From a virus: DNA of 64,000 nucleotides. This document shows positions 1-9,951 of this stretch, piece after piece. The stretch lies in UHGV virus genome UHGV-0142425; one strand, 5' to 3'. The notes beneath the pieces are model-generated. The model was given only the letters and a program-made list of their open reading frames with translations, did no database searches and was not told the origin of the DNA. Numbering within the stretch: position 1 is the stretch's first letter; each line of letters opens with the position of its first letter. Made by a program: the position numbers and the translations under genes.

Positions 1-38
1 GTGTTCAACAGGGGGATCTTTTCACCGCTTGTGCCGAG

Positions 39-64
39 TTCTCTTAAACCAAGGTTTAGGATTG
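39..64. other. cix-like Cin crossover site (imperfect 12-bp inverted half-sites TTCTCTTAAACC / GGTTTAGGATTG around central AA), overlapping the cin stop codon
   Basis: Resembles hix/gix/cix 26-bp sites; sits at the 3' end of cin at the window edge, so the invertible tail-fibre segment would lie left of the window. Confidence 0.5.
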
Positions 65-616
65 AAATGATGACGCCGGAAACTTCTTATAAAGCGTGGA
101 AACAGCCACATCATAGATGATTGCAACCTGCTTACGGGGGATACCCTTCTCCAGCAATCGCCGCATTTGCTGCCATGTTTCTTCTTGGTATTTAGGCCGA
201 CGCCCACCTATACGACCTTCTGCGCGAGCTACATCAAGTCCAGCGCGTGTACGTTCAACGATAAGCTCACGTTCCATTTCTGCCAGCGCGCCCATTACGT
301 GAAAGAAAAAGCGCCCCATGGGGGTACTGGTGTCGATGGAGTCAGTGAGACTCCGGAAGTTAATGCCCCTGTCACGCAGCTCTTCCACCAGCACAACTAA
401 GTGACGCATGCTGCGCCCAAGACGATCTAACTTCCATACGACCAGGGTGTCACCTCTGGAAAGCATACGGAGAACCTTTTTTAACCCAGGGCGTTCAGCC
501 TTTTTGCCGCTCGCCTTGTCCTCAAAAATTAGCTCACATCCTGCGCTTTCAAGGGCATTTCGTTGCAAAGCAGTGTTTTGTTCATTTGTTGATACGCGCA
601 CATAGCCAATTAGCAT
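56..616 (-). CDS. cin: Cin serine DNA invertase (Hin/Gin/Cin family)
   Basis: 186 aa; N-terminus MLIGYVRVSTNEQ with catalytic Ser, resolvase core GDTLVVWKLDRLGRS, C-terminal HTH; matches P1 Cin as I recall it. Confidence 0.9.
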   Translation of the reverse strand: MLIGYVRVSTNEQNTALQRNALESAGCELIFEDKASGKKAERPGLKKVLRMLSRGDTLVVWKLDRLGRSMRHLVVLVEELRDRGINFRSLTDSIDTSTPMGRFFFHVMGALAEMERELIVERTRAGLDVARAEGRIGGRRPKYQEETWQQMRRLLEKGIPRKQVAIIYDVAVSTLYKKFPASSFQS

Positions 617-743
617 ATTTTCTGCTCACCATAGTTATTCATAGCAAGCTGCGGATTTTAATTAACAGAAACCAGTGTGTGTGGAAATCACAAAGTGCAT
701 ACCGTGTCCCAATGATGTTTTATTAAAAAGCGGGGATACTTTA

Positions 744-1025
744 ATGTTTGATTTTACGATAATTTTTATAACCATCCTTGGCGGGGTGCATTCGTTTCTG
801 AATGGGGTTCGTGAAAAACGTTACGAAGCGTCATGCAGGCAATTGCTGGCCGAGTGTCTTGCTGCCGTACTTGCAGGCTTTATAGGCATGTGTTTCGCGG
901 AATATAAGGGTATGGATGAAAGTCTTCAGAATTGCGTGACTATTATTTGCAGCATCAATAACAGGCTCATTCTTGAAAAGTTACAAAGGATTATCGATTC
1001 GCACCTCAATAGAAATGCCTCTTAA
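744..1025 (+). CDS. small two-TM membrane protein, holin-like (track ORF 675..1025, likely start at internal Met MFDF)
   Basis: Two hydrophobic helices; motif GGVHSFLNGVREKR parallels GGIGTFLMDVRDGR in the next gene. Confidence 0.4.
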   Translation: MFDFTIIFITILGGVHSFLNGVREKRYEASCRQLLAECLAAVLAGFIGMCFAEYKGMDESLQNCVTIICSINNRLILEKLQRIIDSHLNRNAS

Positions 1026-1092
1026 GCAACAAATGACCGGTTGAGAAGTTACTTTGCATACCATTACCTCCTGACAACGTAGGAGGGAACTT

Positions 1093-1422
1093 GTGCTTGA
1101 CACACAGGAATTAGCTCCAGTTGCTATTGCGCTCCTGCTTTCAGTAATTGGTGGGATAGGCACGTTCCTGATGGATGTCCGAGACGGTCGCCAGTCTGGC
1201 AATTTGTTAGGATTGGTTACGGAGATCTTTGTTGCAGTGACAGCTGGCGCGGTGGCGTACCTATTGGGGCAACACGAGGGCTGGGAGTTATCAATTACGT
1301 ACTTAATGGTAACGATAGCCAGCAATAACGGTCATGAGGTGATTTCAGGGATGAAACGAGTGAATATCGATAGCATTCTGAATGTTCTTACAAGTTTGGT
1401 GAAAAAGGGAGGCGGGAAATGA
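1093..1422 (+). CDS. lydA: holin-like membrane protein, probable LydA
   Basis: 109 aa, 2-3 TM segments, directly upstream of the lydB-like and darA genes as in the P1 darA operon. Confidence 0.5.
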   Translation: MLDTQELAPVAIALLLSVIGGIGTFLMDVRDGRQSGNLLGLVTEIFVAVTAGAVAYLLGQHEGWELSITYLMVTIASNNGHEVISGMKRVNIDSILNVLTSLVKKGGGK

Positions 1423-1862
1423 TTGGCTGGGGTGTATGCGTTCTTGCGTTAGCCTTAGCCGATCGCTATTTGCTAAAACGCAAGGACATCACGCATTTAG
1501 AACTTGGTGATGTGGAAATTAAACCGGGTTTCATCCGGGTGCCGTTCAAATACCGGTCTAAATTCCCGTTTTTGCGCGGCGCAACGGTCAGATATTGGAT
1601 CCGCGATGTTCAGAAGCCGACGACAGTGATTGAAGGCGAACAACGTTGTCTGACGTCGGCTGAACAGGGCGAAAACAGTGAATGGTTGTACATACCCACT
1701 GAATATATGGGTAAAGGAGAGCGACTGTGGCATTTCAACGTCATGGTTACGCATGGCGACTCGTTCATTAACCCGTTGTATCGGATTTTCCCTGTTACTC
1801 AGCAAATCCGCAGAAGTTACGTAATAAATCTCGCACAGGATGTGTCAGATGACGAAAAATAA
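1419..1862 (+). CDS. lydB: probable antiholin LydB
   Basis: 147 aa, N-terminal hydrophobic segment, start overlaps lydA stop; P1 synteny. Confidence 0.45.
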   Translation: MIGWGVCVLALALADRYLLKRKDITHLELGDVEIKPGFIRVPFKYRSKFPFLRGATVRYWIRDVQKPTTVIEGEQRCLTSAEQGENSEWLYIPTEYMGKGERLWHFNVMVTHGDSFINPLYRIFPVTQQIRRSYVINLAQDVSDDEK

Positions 1863-2451
1863 GTATGCAACGGTCGATTTTGACCAGGTTAATGAAAAGG
1901 GGCTGAAATCCCTTATCGCGGCGATCAATAAAACCGGGGTTACGGTAATTGAGGTTGACTCCAGCAACCGCGCAACAACGAAAGATGGCGTTAAAGTTAA
2001 AACCGCAAAGCTGGTTCTTAACGACGGACAAATCCTTGCCATACAGGTAAACGATACTGGCGATATATCGTCTGTGAAACTGAATGGAAAAGCTATTCCT
2101 AACGCTCAGTCGCCGGATATCAAGACGCTTGGTACCGTCATGGGACAGGCGGCCCGCAAAAACTCCGCAAAATTCCAGAAATCACTGATCGCCAAAGCGA
2201 AGCGTGTAGCCAATCCGGTAGACAAGAAACCGGCAGTTAAATCCAACTTTCAGCGCCTGCAAGAAGCAAAACAGCGGAATGCTCAGGTGGTTGCCGCTTA
2301 TAAGTCCGCGCAGAATTCGGTGTCTTTCAATCAACAGCAGATCACTGATTTGCGGGCGAAGCTGGATAAGGAGACAGGCCGACTCAATAACGAAAAGGCC
2401 CGAAATGGCGAACTCAAACGCCGTCTTAAGCAACTGAAAGCAGGAAATTAA
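1840..2451 (+). CDS. hdf: Hdf, homolog of DarA fragment (head/antirestriction)
   Basis: 203 aa; shares the KNSAKFQ(K/R) motif plus coiled-coil tail with the adjacent DarA; position immediately upstream of darA. Confidence 0.6.
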   Translation: MCQMTKNKYATVDFDQVNEKGLKSLIAAINKTGVTVIEVDSSNRATTKDGVKVKTAKLVLNDGQILAIQVNDTGDISSVKLNGKAIPNAQSPDIKTLGTVMGQAARKNSAKFQKSLIAKAKRVANPVDKKPAVKSNFQRLQEAKQRNAQVVAAYKSAQNSVSFNQQQITDLRAKLDKETGRLNNEKARNGELKRRLKQLKAGN

Positions 2452-2452
2452 C

Positions 2453-4372
2453 ATGGAACAGTTCAATATCAATAAAGGGGTGACGATCAAGCCTGGGCTT
2501 GACGTGCTTCCCCCGCCAGTGACTGATGATGAATATCGCGCATTAATGGCCGGTGAGGACCGCTATCTGATGACGGAATCCAACACCCTGGAGGAAATCG
2601 AGGCTACGTTCTTCTATGACACGCCGATCCACTGGTGTGCTACGGATTTACTGGAGGCGATTAGTTCTACTCGTTTGCAATTACACCGGACCATGCAGGC
2701 ATTTGTCCGGGCATTGAACCAGAAGCTGAATGGTACCGGAATCTCTGCGGGGAGTGATAAAACGGGGGATGTGGCCCAGAGCGGCGCGCGCGCGATCGGC
2801 GGCGCTGAAATTGGCCGGGCACGTAACGTTAACGGGCTGCCGGTCCTGCCAGCCATTATTCCGCTCAGTGATGGTCAGACTATCAGCATTCTGTTTCATA
2901 GCCCGACAGCGGAAAACCGGATCACCAATAGCGATACGCTGGTTGCTTTCCAGTTCTTACTGAATAAAAAAGACGTTACTCACACCGTTGCTCCGATGAG
3001 TGGACGTGATATGACGCTGGCGCAGGTCACCATGAAACTTGCCAACCTTGCAGAGAAAAACTCGGCAAAATTCCAGCGTGCGCAGAAGAAGAAAAAAGCC
3101 CTTGTTGATGAAATAACCCAACTACAGGCTGACAGTGACCAGAAAGAGGATGCCATGAGCGACCTCGCGGATCAGGTGGCAGCGGTAGAAGGGCAGAAGG
3201 CAGATCTGGAGCAGAAAATTAACGCTGTTGCATCGGAAGCGGATTCTCTTTATGAAGAGAATGAGCGTTTGCAGACGGAGATTGATCAGCTCAATCGCAC
3301 TGGTGGGCGCGATACCATTGCTCCAGCGGGGATGACTGGTGGGCACTCTCGCGCGCTGACGGATCGCCTTGCCAGTATCAAAAATCGTATGCATATGGAC
3401 GGGGAAGCGACGCTCAGTAATGGTGCATCAATGAAGCAATTCATTGGGGATGGCGAAGGGTATATCCAGTTAACCGATCCGGATGGCAGCGTATACATGA
3501 TCAAGGCTAAATCCATACAGGGTGTGGACATGGCAGATGCGATCGGCAAGCTGTTTAAAGCCTATAAAGCGGGTAATGTATCGGAATACCTGGTCCAACC
3601 AGAAGAACATAAACCGGAAAACGTCGAACCTGAACCAGCGGAGGATACCGGTAGCTCTTCGCCTGAACCAGAAGTCTCTGTAGGTGCATATCGATATGCC
3701 CTGCAAATGCGTCCGGCGGCCCCTGGCGCAATACCTGAAGGTAACAAAGCAATTCTGCCGCGCCCTGATGAAGGTGACCCGTATTATGAATATGCACGCT
3801 ACGGCATTGCTACTTACGATACCCCGCTTTCTGATCAGCAAATGAGTGAGTACGACCTGAAGTTATTGCCTCGCGAGGATTCTTTCGACTTCCTGGCGAA
3901 GACACTTACTAATGGTCCGTTTGGCAAATATGCACAAAAAGCTCTGGAGCTGGCCACCAGCTCACCAGACGAGTTCCGCGTAATGCTGAAAACTCAGTTT
4001 CAAAAAACTTTCCCCAATATTGCGTTTCCGGGGGGCGCTGGCACCGAGAAAATGGTGCAGAGCATGATCAATGCATTGCAGGCCGAAGTCGGTGAGATTA
4101 CTCAGCCAGAACCTGCCCCGGCACAGCCTGATGAAACGGTTAGCGAAGCAGATGCAGAGGCTAATAAAGCCATTGAATATCTCAATAACGTGATGGATAT
4201 GCAAAGCACTGACATGGCGGAGATCCGTAACGCCCGGGGTAATGTCCGGGAAGCGATTGCAGCCCTTCAGGCTGCCGGGCGTTTTGAGGAAAACGAAGAG
4301 CTGGTTAATGGCGCTGCTCGCCACCTGGCTGATCTGCTGGTAGCAATCCAGAAAGCGGGGGTAGCGGCATGA
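2453..4372 (+). CDS. darA: DarA, capsid-packaged antirestriction protein
   Basis: 639 aa, coiled-coil central region, followed by ddrA/ddrB-sized ORFs; size and order as in P1. Confidence 0.7.
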   Translation: MEQFNINKGVTIKPGLDVLPPPVTDDEYRALMAGEDRYLMTESNTLEEIEATFFYDTPIHWCATDLLEAISSTRLQLHRTMQAFVRALNQKLNGTGISAGSDKTGDVAQSGARAIGGAEIGRARNVNGLPVLPAIIPLSDGQTISILFHSPTAENRITNSDTLVAFQFLLNKKDVTHTVAPMSGRDMTLAQVTMKLANLAEKNSAKFQRAQKKKKALVDEITQLQADSDQKEDAMSDLADQVAAVEGQKADLEQKINAVASEADSLYEENERLQTEIDQLNRTGGRDTIAPAGMTGGHSRALTDRLASIKNRMHMDGEATLSNGASMKQFIGDGEGYIQLTDPDGSVYMIKAKSIQGVDMADAIGKLFKAYKAGNVSEYLVQPEEHKPENVEPEPAEDTGSSSPEPEVSVGAYRYALQMRPAAPGAIPEGNKAILPRPDEGDPYYEYARYGIATYDTPLSDQQMSEYDLKLLPREDSFDFLAKTLTNGPFGKYAQKALELATSSPDEFRVMLKTQFQKTFPNIAFPGGAGTEKMVQSMINALQAEVGEITQPEPAPAQPDETVSEADAEANKAIEYLNNVMDMQSTDMAEIRNARGNVREAIAALQAAGRFEENEELVNGAARHLADLLVAIQKAGVAA

Positions 4373-4734
4373 CACTATCAGCTATTGAGTTAATGGACCT
4401 CAGCGACAAGTTGGATTCTCTGATGTCCAAAGCTGCTACCGCGAGTGGCATGGAGTTGCTGGATATCAGCGATGAAATTGACCAGATCATGCAACAGATG
4501 GGGTACGGCGCGTCCGGCGGTGGTAGTGGCGAGGAAAAACAACCTTCGGAACATGATGGTGTGCCAAAACTGGTTGCTGATTTCCTGGCTGATAAATTCG
4601 TCGATCAGAGCACAGATGCATTTATCGGTACCTTGCAGGACTTGAGTCAATATGTTGGCACATACATCGACCTGGACCAGGTTAAACAGCACACGGCGGC
4701 ATGGATAGCCGCCAACATTAAAGAGGCAGCATAA
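4369..4734 (+). CDS. ddrA: DdrA-like small acidic protein
   Basis: 121 aa, start overlaps darA stop (translational coupling); P1 darA operon synteny. Confidence 0.55.
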   Translation: MTLSAIELMDLSDKLDSLMSKAATASGMELLDISDEIDQIMQQMGYGASGGGSGEEKQPSEHDGVPKLVADFLADKFVDQSTDAFIGTLQDLSQYVGTYIDLDQVKQHTAAWIAANIKEAA

Positions 4735-4746
4735 GGCGTAACAGGG

Positions 4747-7734
4747 ATGAGCTTAAGCGATCAGGTGGTAATGGCCACCAGCATAGAAACGCTGATCGAG
4801 CTGCTAAAGAACCTGCCCGATTATGGGCGGGTTTCGTATGTGGTGACAGCGAAGGGAGACGAGGTAAAAACGGCATTTGATATCGTCGATGCCTCAGCTC
4901 TTTTGGTATCCAATACTCTGGATGGGAAAATTAATCCAGACTATCCCCAGGAACTTCAGCCGCGCGACCGGACCCGCGCATCCAGCCTTCTTCAGGTCAA
5001 CCAGATATCCAAGGATTTGCGTCCTGCCCAGCTTACCGACTCCGGTTTATCCAGCCATGGCGCGCCGATAATTGGTGAGGACAATGCCGTTGAGTCAGGT
5101 AATGGGCGGACCATGGGGATCATTAAAGCCTATCAGGACGGTAATGCGGATCGGTATCGGGAGTACCTGATTGAACATGCGACCGAATTCGGCATACGAC
5201 CTGAAAAGGTTGAATCAATGACGGCTCCGGTACTGGTGCGCCGCCGGTTAACGAAGGTTGACCGTGTTCAGTTTGCCAAGGACTCAAATATTTCTGATCT
5301 CCAGGAAATGGCAGCCAGTGAAAAGGCTTTTGTTGATGCCGACAGCATAACTCCGGCGATGATGGCGCTGTTTAACCCGTCAGAAAGCGGAGATCTGCTT
5401 AGCCGCAGTAATGACGCGTTTATTCGCGGATTCATGACGCAAGTTGGTGCTACACAGGCGGCTGGACTTGTAACTGAAGATGGGCGACCAACACGGCAAC
5501 TTGTTGACCGGATACAAAACGCGATCTTTGCCAAGGCATATAAGGATGCGCGCTTGGTAAGGATGGTTGCAGAAGAACCTGATCCGGATATGCGTAATGT
5601 TCTGACGGCGCTTAATGCGGCGGCCAATGATTTTGTCCAGATGCAGGCTTTATCAGGAGAAGCGCACAAGCAGGCTGTGACAACTATCGTTGATAGCATT
5701 GAAACAGCGGATAGCCTCGATAAAAAGGCGCTGGCGGCATTGAAAGATGCGGTAGACCTGGTAAGGCAATCGAAGGAGTCAGGCCAACATATTACCGATG
5801 TTATTGCTCAGGGGGATATGTTCAGCGAAACAGCCCCGGAAGTGAAAGCTCTCGCGTTGTTCATTGTCGCGAATAACCGTAGCGCGAAGCGTATGGCCAC
5901 CGCCTTTAAATTGATGGCTCAACGTATCAATGATGAGTTACAGCACCAGGGCCAGGCGCTGGGGGATATGTTTGGCGGTGGTGATGTGTCGTTACAGGAT
6001 ATCCTTCGCCAGGTGTCTCAGGAACTGGAAAACGAAGGCATTCAAGGGATATCCGGCGGTCTTTTCGAGTCCGTTTCCGGCGGTAGTTACAACGGTGTTG
6101 CTCCATATACCAGTTTGCTATTACATCGTGCATCCGGCATCAAAGACATTATTCATCTGATCAGGCTGCTTTCCCGTACAGATCCCCAGGATGAACAGCT
6201 TGTACAAGTGCTTGCGCATTTTGTTCGAATGCCTGTTGCCGACGTGAAAAAATGGTGCCGATTATTCGGTATCAGCAATTCGTTACTTCGCGGCTTGTTA
6301 AATCACGCATCCACTCTTGGGCGCGATGGCTTTGACGAGATAGCGCAGGCGATAAAAAACGGAGATATGCCACCAGCTATTGACTGGTTTTCCATTCGCC
6401 CAACCAGGGTGAAAGCATTCCTTAGCGCGGCGCATTCGGCATCACCATTGACAGAAATGGTTCAGAGGTTGTCGCTCATATTCACAGACCATACCGCGTT
6501 GGGTGATCTGACTCTGGACGAGATGAAAGAAGCCTCCATTCAGTGGGCCGATCAACAAAATGAGGTTAACTCAGACTTCTTGCCAGCATTCAGGAAAGCC
6601 GTTAGTAAAGCGGATGATGCCCGTGGAATTCTGAAGGCATTTAAGGCATTGAAAAGTCGGGTTAATAAACATCTCGGGGATATTGATGGGGTAACGACGG
6701 AAGGCCGGGATATCCTAAAAGAGCACGGCATAACGCCAGAGTTTATTGATGAGATCAGGACTGATATGCAGCGTGAGGTAGTATCGTCCCTGCAAATCGT
6801 AGCCAGAGCGTTGGCGGATGCTAATCCGAAGAGTGCGGCCATTGTTAACCGGGTTATTGGTGATATTGAAGCATCGGAGGGCATGGGGGCGCTGAAACTC
6901 TTCCTTTCGCGAGCGTTTAATCCTAACGGCAATATTCTCCCTGGCATTATTGGTGAGGCTAAAAAGTATGTCAGTGAAGAAGAACTTGAGCAGCTTGACC
7001 AACTACTTAAGCGATTCTCATATAACCCGCAGACACGCTGGCAAATGAATCAGCGAAGTATGGGTTCGGTCCACGAGAAAGTGTTATCTGCCATGAACAG
7101 TGCGATCGCCAACTCATCCGTATCTGAAGAAAAAGCTCTTGAGTGGGCCGACTCTTTTATCACGGAAGAAGTGGAAGAAGCCCGCGCTGGACAGAATGGT
7201 GGGATAGACCTGCGCAAGGAACTTGCTGATATTTATCGCCTGACCGGCGGTAAAATTTCGACCTTATCAAAGGTGGTTCACCACCAGGGAAGGGCATATG
7301 CAAATCTTAATGGTGTTGTTGCTGTCAATTTGAACGATGAAAATGCAAGAGCACTGTGGCACGAGCTGGGTCATCATCTTGAGTACAGTAACCCTGGTTT
7401 GTTAGAGAAAGCCCGGTCATTCCTGAAGGCCAATGTTGAAGGGGATAAGCCATCTTTCGTTAATATCGGTGGGCGTGGCAAGCCTGAATGGTGCTTCAGA
7501 TCTCGATTGAGTAATATTTATATGGCGAAGGTATACCCGCCAGCCTCAGTAAGTAACACCGGGAAAATTCGGCAGAAATCACCGACTATTTCCAAAACGT
7601 CAGCAACGGAAGTATTCTCTATGGCTCTTCAGTTGTATCATGACAAAGAGGCCGCTGCCGCATCACTGATGAATGGTGACGGATTGCTGGAACTGTTATT
7701 AGGTGTGGCAAAGGAGCTAAATAATGCAGATTAA
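4747..7734 (+). CDS. ddrB: DdrB-like large internal head protein
   Basis: 995 aa ORF following ddrA; P1 darA operon synteny. Confidence 0.6.
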   Translation: MSLSDQVVMATSIETLIELLKNLPDYGRVSYVVTAKGDEVKTAFDIVDASALLVSNTLDGKINPDYPQELQPRDRTRASSLLQVNQISKDLRPAQLTDSGLSSHGAPIIGEDNAVESGNGRTMGIIKAYQDGNADRYREYLIEHATEFGIRPEKVESMTAPVLVRRRLTKVDRVQFAKDSNISDLQEMAASEKAFVDADSITPAMMALFNPSESGDLLSRSNDAFIRGFMTQVGATQAAGLVTEDGRPTRQLVDRIQNAIFAKAYKDARLVRMVAEEPDPDMRNVLTALNAAANDFVQMQALSGEAHKQAVTTIVDSIETADSLDKKALAALKDAVDLVRQSKESGQHITDVIAQGDMFSETAPEVKALALFIVANNRSAKRMATAFKLMAQRINDELQHQGQALGDMFGGGDVSLQDILRQVSQELENEGIQGISGGLFESVSGGSYNGVAPYTSLLLHRASGIKDIIHLIRLLSRTDPQDEQLVQVLAHFVRMPVADVKKWCRLFGISNSLLRGLLNHASTLGRDGFDEIAQAIKNGDMPPAIDWFSIRPTRVKAFLSAAHSASPLTEMVQRLSLIFTDHTALGDLTLDEMKEASIQWADQQNEVNSDFLPAFRKAVSKADDARGILKAFKALKSRVNKHLGDIDGVTTEGRDILKEHGITPEFIDEIRTDMQREVVSSLQIVARALADANPKSAAIVNRVIGDIEASEGMGALKLFLSRAFNPNGNILPGIIGEAKKYVSEEELEQLDQLLKRFSYNPQTRWQMNQRSMGSVHEKVLSAMNSAIANSSVSEEKALEWADSFITEEVEEARAGQNGGIDLRKELADIYRLTGGKISTLSKVVHHQGRAYANLNGVVAVNLNDENARALWHELGHHLEYSNPGLLEKARSFLKANVEGDKPSFVNIGGRGKPEWCFRSRLSNIYMAKVYPPASVSNTGKIRQKSPTISKTSATEVFSMALQLYHDKEAAAASLMNGDGLLELLLGVAKELNNAD

Positions 7735-8038
7735 AATCGCAGCGCCATTAGGCGGAGATGCCATTATCGAATTTGATGATAATGAAGAAGTTTCCGGGCG
7801 TTTAAGCATTATCTCCGGTGACATTACCGAGGACATGATCGCTGAAGCCATAGCTGGAGCAAATCCCAATAGCTATATGGGATTCGTTAACACCCTTGAT
7901 GCTCCCGCAAGTGATGTTCTCCGAACGCTGCATCTTTACGCTGGCTGGTTTGTTGATTGGCCAGCAGTAGATGGTGGCGATGAGGACGACGACGACGACG
8001 ATGATTTTGGTGATCATGTAGACCAGATCGTATATTGA
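7724..8038 (+). CDS. small protein with poly-Asp C-terminal tail (DGGDEDDDDDDD)
   Basis: 104 aa ORF overlapping ddrB stop; acidic tract encoded by GAC/GAT run near 7980-8005. Confidence 0.4.
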   Translation: MQIKIAAPLGGDAIIEFDDNEEVSGRLSIISGDITEDMIAEAIAGANPNSYMGFVNTLDAPASDVLRTLHLYAGWFVDWPAVDGGDEDDDDDDDFGDHVDQIVY

Positions 8039-8040
8039 AG

Positions 8041-8066
8041 AAATCCCGCCAATCGGCGGGATTTTT
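8041..8066. terminator. rho-independent terminator hairpin (AAATCCCGCC-AATC-GGCGGGATTT + T-run), usable from both strands
   Basis: Perfect 10-bp stem followed by TTTTT; lies between convergent operons. Confidence 0.7.
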
Positions 8067-8069
8067 ACC

Positions 8070-9164
8070 TCACGAGAAGCTCTTTTCTGATGTCAGCCAA
8101 CAGTGCTCGTGCAAATCTCTTGGTGGTTTTTCGACAAATGCCTCTTCAGCCACATCCCGCCAGGGAATTTGTTTAGCCCATTCAGCTATAGCGTTATGGT
8201 TTGCTGAGAATAACGGTATTGTATAGGCTTTCAGCCAGTCTAATGTGCTGGAGTTGTGTTTTTGAGCGTGATGTTTCGCATGGTGTTTGGCGATCACGAT
8301 CGTAGGCACTACCCATTTACTACCGTCAGTCATTGTGAAGTGCATATTACGGGGAACAGATGATTTTTCCATCAACTCCCGAATCCCAGGGAATTTCCCC
8401 AAGATCAATCGGCGATATTTATCGCTATTGCACCCACCAAACTCTTTGGCTTTATATTCAAGATATGCTTCAGAAACGAGAGGTGAATCCTCTGTGCTGA
8501 GAGTTATAGCCGTGAAAATACCAGCAGGAGTGTTCTCACTATGGGCCAACCGGTGATGCGAATCATAAAAATACCCTTTCTCTCGTTCCGATGGTTTCGA
8601 CAGCAACAGCAGGCGCGAATCATAACCGGTCAAATTGCCTGTTATCACAGCATGAGCGCGGTCGCTGATTTCTGCCGCGTTAATAACGATGAAAAGATCA
8701 TGCGGCCCAGTAAAACCAGCCAGAGATTCTTCGTTATTCAGACAATAGTTTAAATATACACATCCCCATGCTTCACTGATATGTACCAACCCTTTTTCAG
8801 GGTGCAGTTTGAAATGATTGCCAAGAAAAGGGTGTTTCTTGATAACCTGCGCCCAATAACAGCACATATAGTCAATTATATTGTTTCGACTATCGTTAAT
8901 AGCAGGAGAAACAACCACTGTACGGGAACACGAATACAGTATTGTTTGCAGGATGCTAATCACTGCCACAATAGAGGTTTCCCCAATACCATGTGGTGTG
9001 GTGGCAGTGACTTTGGCTCCGGTGTTCTTTATCGCGTTAATAATTTTTGCTTGATGAGGTGTTAACTCAATATCAAGCAACTCTTTCGCTGCCAGTTCCC
9101 AATTGTCTTTATACTGTTCTATCAGTGCTAACCAGGCAGGTTCATTCTGTATACGATTAGTCAC
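8070..9164 (-). CDS. terminase large subunit (PacB) N-terminal ATPase-domain paralog with degenerate Walker A/B
   Basis: 364 aa; collinear similarity to PacB in this window (e.g. ITGNLTGYDSRLLLLSKPSEREKGYFYDSHHRLA vs [33 protein letters not shown]) but Walker A GHGTGKS is PHGIGET and Walker B IIDEAS is VINAAE; no nuclease domain. Confidence 0.6.
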   Translation of the reverse strand: MTNRIQNEPAWLALIEQYKDNWELAAKELLDIELTPHQAKIINAIKNTGAKVTATTPHGIGETSIVAVISILQTILYSCSRTVVVSPAINDSRNNIIDYMCCYWAQVIKKHPFLGNHFKLHPEKGLVHISEAWGCVYLNYCLNNEESLAGFTGPHDLFIVINAAEISDRAHAVITGNLTGYDSRLLLLSKPSEREKGYFYDSHHRLAHSENTPAGIFTAITLSTEDSPLVSEAYLEYKAKEFGGCNSDKYRRLILGKFPGIRELMEKSSVPRNMHFTMTDGSKWVVPTIVIAKHHAKHHAQKHNSSTLDWLKAYTIPLFSANHNAIAEWAKQIPWRDVAEEAFVEKPPRDLHEHCWLTSEKSFS

Positions 9165-9951
9165 TTTCCACCTCTTCCGTGGTGTTTTCTTGCAGTTCTG
9201 TTAATGCAGCACGACACAGGTTCCGGGCCTTGGCTATAGCCACACTTTTGACTTCATCTGTCATCGTGCAGGTAATGTACTGATCGAGTTCTTCAGCGCG
9301 GATGATGCTTTTGCCAATCAGAAACTGTATTTGCCAGAGCAGATCGGCATCCATAATCAGAATTTCTGCCGGGCCTTCAGGGCCAGCCGGGAAGGAAACA
9401 TAAGACTGTTTGCCAAGGCCGATAACTCGACAACTTGCTTCAAGAATTGCGCGCTTGAGGTCTGACTTTGTAACTGAAACAGGTTGATTTTCACCTGCGA
9501 TTACGCCGTTGACATGGATGTGGAAGGGCATGTAGCTTGAAATTCGCTCTACTTTCCATACGCCAGCAAGCGATCCTTCATGCAGCACAATGGGGGTAAC
9601 AGCGAGTTTCATCTCACCATATAACTGCTGGCAGATAGCTGGATTGCTGAATACATCCAAAGGTTCACACTCAAACAGCGGTGCAATCTGCATGAGGTCC
9701 ATCATGGTCATACCTGGGGTACGAGCGGTAATGAATCTGCGCATGCCAGTATCCATTGTTCGCCAGATAGCTACACCATGCTTTTTGCTCACTTCTTCAG
9801 TAAAGCCAAGGTGGCACATGATGGTTTTTTCGATAGCCAGATCAGAGATAGAAACCTTTTCGCCTGGCACTCCATCATTATTGATGGTCACTTCGACACT
9901 CTGGCCATTACGTAGGCGGTATTGAATGGTTTTAGTATTTTGTGCTGTCAT
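9157..9951 (-). CDS. hypothetical protein, co-operonic with the PacB-like paralog
   Basis: 264 aa ORF whose stop overlaps the downstream gene start; no recognisable motif. Confidence 0.45.
   Translation of the reverse strand: MTAQNTKTIQYRLRNGQSVEVTINNDGVPGEKVSISDLAIEKTIMCHLGFTEEVSKKHGVAIWRTMDTGMRRFITARTPGMTMMDLMQIAPLFECEPLDVFSNPAICQQLYGEMKLAVTPIVLHEGSLAGVWKVERISSYMPFHIHVNGVIAGENQPVSVTKSDLKRAILEASCRVIGLGKQSYVSFPAGPEGPAEILIMDADLLWQIQFLIGKSIIRAEELDQYITCTMTDEVKSVAIAKARNLCRAALTELQENTTEEVESD

Noticed and set aside
7980-8005. GAC/GAT trinucleotide run that looks like a microsatellite
   Set aside because: It is in frame and encodes the poly-Asp tail of the 104-aa protein; a coding low-complexity tract rather than a repeat element.
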